DNA of 63,716 nt, filler included, from Olpidium bornovanus S191 (taxonomy: Eukaryota; Fungi; Olpidiomycota): assembly GCA_017911155.1 (NCBI GenBank). It is 30 parts of 30 records of this genome, joined end to end, with 100 filler letters (N's around TTAATTAATTAA, not from the genome) between each part and the next. Parts side by side here need not be neighbours in the genome. Positions count along the whole stretch, not along the records: positions 58,315 to 62,545 come from JAEFCI010003159.1; positions 62,646 to 63,716 come from JAEFCI010009254.1; 28 more parts are not named here. One strand, given 5' to 3'. Below, piece after piece: positions 61,428 to 63,716 of this stretch. The notes under the pieces are model-generated. The model saw only the letters and a program-made list of their open reading frames with translations. It made no database searches and was not told the origin of the DNA. A program made the position numbers and the translations under genes. The first letter of the stretch is position 1. Each line of letters starts with the position of its first letter.

Positions 61428-62291
61428 AAAGATTATGGGTTACCTCAGCCCGTAGATGTTTTGTCTTATTTATTTCTGCCTTATTTGTTTATTTATTCAT
61501 TTATTTATTTTTCGCAACGTAAGCCCGAAAGAACGGCTCTGTCGTATTTCGGGTTTGCCGTTTTGTTTTTTATTACACTTCCATTTTTTTTCATTTTCGC
61601 TATGATTTTTTGGGTAGTTTTTTTTTTTCCCATCTTCCCGACGAGTGGTTTGCCGCGTTTCATCAATCCGGGCGATGCGTCTGCCTTGTCCCCTGGGCCG
61701 TACGGCGCCTACGCATTCAACCGCGCAATCATCCCCTCCTCCCCCACCCTCCCTCCGCCCGACCTTCCCCCCCCCTACCCCTCCCCCCATACCTCCCAGC
61801 ACCTATCGTAGCGGTAATACACTACACAATTGAGAAACGTGCACAAATGATACTCCATGCCTTCTGCCTCTCAGTGAAGCTGTGGTCAGAGGCGGGCCGT
61901 TGTTCACTTCTAAAACATGTCTCACTCTTCAATATGTCGTGCACAATCACTTGCCATCCGGCGTCGTCCGAACCCTTCTTTTGCACACGTCCTCAGTAGC
62001 CGCAAGTTATCGCACCTCCTTAAAAAACAGCGGAGCGCAAACTGTAACGAGCTTTTTAATCGGCTGTTCCAAATTCCGCTTTCATCTGAGTCGTGTTCTG
62101 GGCAAATAAAGGATGATTTAATGAAGGAAACAGAGAACGACGTGATGATGAAGAATAACTAATGGTGGGGGGATGGGAGGGAAAGAGGGGGGGGAGTGTG
62201 GCGACAGGAATGCAGTTGTGAAAACTCCCCAGTGAAAAGCGGTCTGGTGCATGTTGGAAGGTAGGATGTTTACATGGCGGAGTAGGGGGGG

Positions 62292-62399
62292 GGGGTTGGG
62301 AAGTTAGCTATAGTCGTACCTCTGCTAAGTTATAGGACCGGTGGAGGGCCCCAGCTATAACTTAGCAGAGGATAACTTAAAGAGAGGTACTACAACCCC
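62292..62399. repeat. Short palindromic element with a 17-bp perfect inverted repeat
   Basis: CCTCTGCTAAGTTATAG (62319-62335) and CTATAACTTAGCAGAGG (62355-62371). Confidence 0.85.
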
Positions 62400-62645
62400 T
62401 GCGCCGTCTTCCCGCCATGTTACGCATGTCCTGCCAGCCCTTTTACATAAGGCGCCCTTCCCCCGTCGACCCCCTCCTCCCGTCCGAATAAAAACGACTG
62501 TTACACGCCACCCGCAGAAACCCTGAGAAGCGCTCCCGCCAGAGANNNNNNNNNNNNNNNNNNNNNNNNNNNNNNNNNNNNNNNNNNNNTTAATTAATTA
62601 ANNNNNNNNNNNNNNNNNNNNNNNNNNNNNNNNNNNNNNNNNNNN

Positions 62646-63595
62646 AGTCGGCTTGCAAGGTCAGCCTCCTTGACGATTTCAGCAGCGCAATATCATCGGC
62701 GCTCCATCTGCTGCAATGCCTCCTCGGCAGAGGATCAGAGTATCGAATACATTTGAGCCGTTCATGAGATTCCGTTGGACACATAATCTGTCGCGGGCAT
62801 CTCCGCAGAACGCAGCTGACATCTTCCCGGTTTCATTGGTGTTGTTTTAGCTGTTATCGGGATACGAGAATTGTACGAAAGACGGAAACGGACTGTTTAT
62901 GGCTAACTTTGTATAGTACTTATCGCAGAATGTCCAGGTAGGCTGGCGATGATGGCTTGGTGCGATGCGCGCTGCCCCACAAGCAGCATCGCAAGTTGCG
63001 TGTAGCGTTCGGGCCATTTTATTTTGACGTGCGACCTGACTCCCGGCTGAAGGGAGTAGAACTTGTGCATCACTGAAAATTTTGACCTCGTCGGGAACTG
63101 CTCAGCAATCTTACTCCATCTAGGGGAAGCTGCCTTCCGCAAAGAATTCCGAACAAGCGTCACCAGGTGCTCTGACTCGGCATCCGTCCAGGGCCCGCCG
63201 TAGGCATACTTCCTCCGAGCAGCACGCACGCTGTCCGGGTGGCTGCCGCCCGCGGGCTGGGAAGGACGGGTCGAAGCGGAGCGCGCAACCGCCGCAACGG
63301 CCGTGATCCGCGCTGTTGCGACCGACGACGTTATGAACCGGAACTGCATTCCCTGGTGCCGGTCGGACGCACGCGGTCGAGCGCAGGCAAAGGGGCGTGC
63401 TGGATTGTCCGGCTGCCGTTCTGGCGGCCTCCTTTCGCCTTTTGGCGCGCAATGCCGACCGAGGCCGCAGCCAAGCGGCTTCGGGCGCTCTCTTCGTGGA
63501 GACGTTCCGGTCGCCGGTGTGATGGCGACGTCCGAACGCGCGTCTGCCCGAGTTTCCGATTTGGGTGACGCGGAGCCGCGCCGCCGCGCCTCCAA
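62646..63595 (-). CDS. Myb/SANT-repeat protein, partial
   Basis: GPWTDAESEHLVTLV..PRWSKIAEQFPTRS, KIKWPE and a downstream RWSADDIALLK segment. Confidence 0.6.
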
Positions 63596-63638
63596 GTGGG
63601 CGACGGTTGGTTTTCCAGAAGCTCGGCGCGCGCACTGC

Positions 63639-63708
<70 letters not shown>

Positions 63709-63716
63709 CGCGGCCC

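Overview
This window is not contiguous DNA. It is a pseudo-scaffold of 30 short contigs joined by 29 artificial N-TTAATTAATTAA-N linkers (stops in all six frames), so gene order across linkers has no biological meaning. The sequence is GC-rich and eukaryotic, with short GT-AG introns. The gene set mixes fungal-type genes (RCH1/SLC10A7-like, Ecm14-like carboxypeptidase, DUF3712, Mit1-like CHD remodeler, LPMO-like secreted protein) with centriole/flagellum-associated genes (NEDD1, AGBL5/CCP5, probable FSIP1), which suggests a zoosporic, early-diverging fungus (inference; I cannot name the species). About 20 mostly partial genes are recognisable: NOT2, DBP10, TAF4, RMI1, SET2-like, CHD, HVA22/REEP, DHX35, M14A carboxypeptidase, DUF3712, NEDD1, SLC10A7, WKF, AGBL5, SR protein, PGAP4-like glycosyltransferase and a Myb protein. 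There are also several decayed Ty1/copia pieces, one with an LTR and PBS, two dispersed repeat families and several minisatellites. No rRNA, tRNA or CRISPR is supported. Best leads: (1) a probably catalytically dead NRPS-type condensation domain split by a coiled-coil/SAM-like/coiled-coil insert; (2) an LPMO-like protein with Asp in place of His1; (3) an M14A carboxypeptidase with Glu270 replaced by Asn; (4) a pol-LTR-PBS-gag copia junction ending in an in-frame gag::RNase H fusion; (5) a PGAP4-like transferase; (6) an SR gene with a 16-nt micro-exon and a long intron. All protein assignments come from motif recognition by eye, not database searches, and exon boundaries are approximate unless stated.
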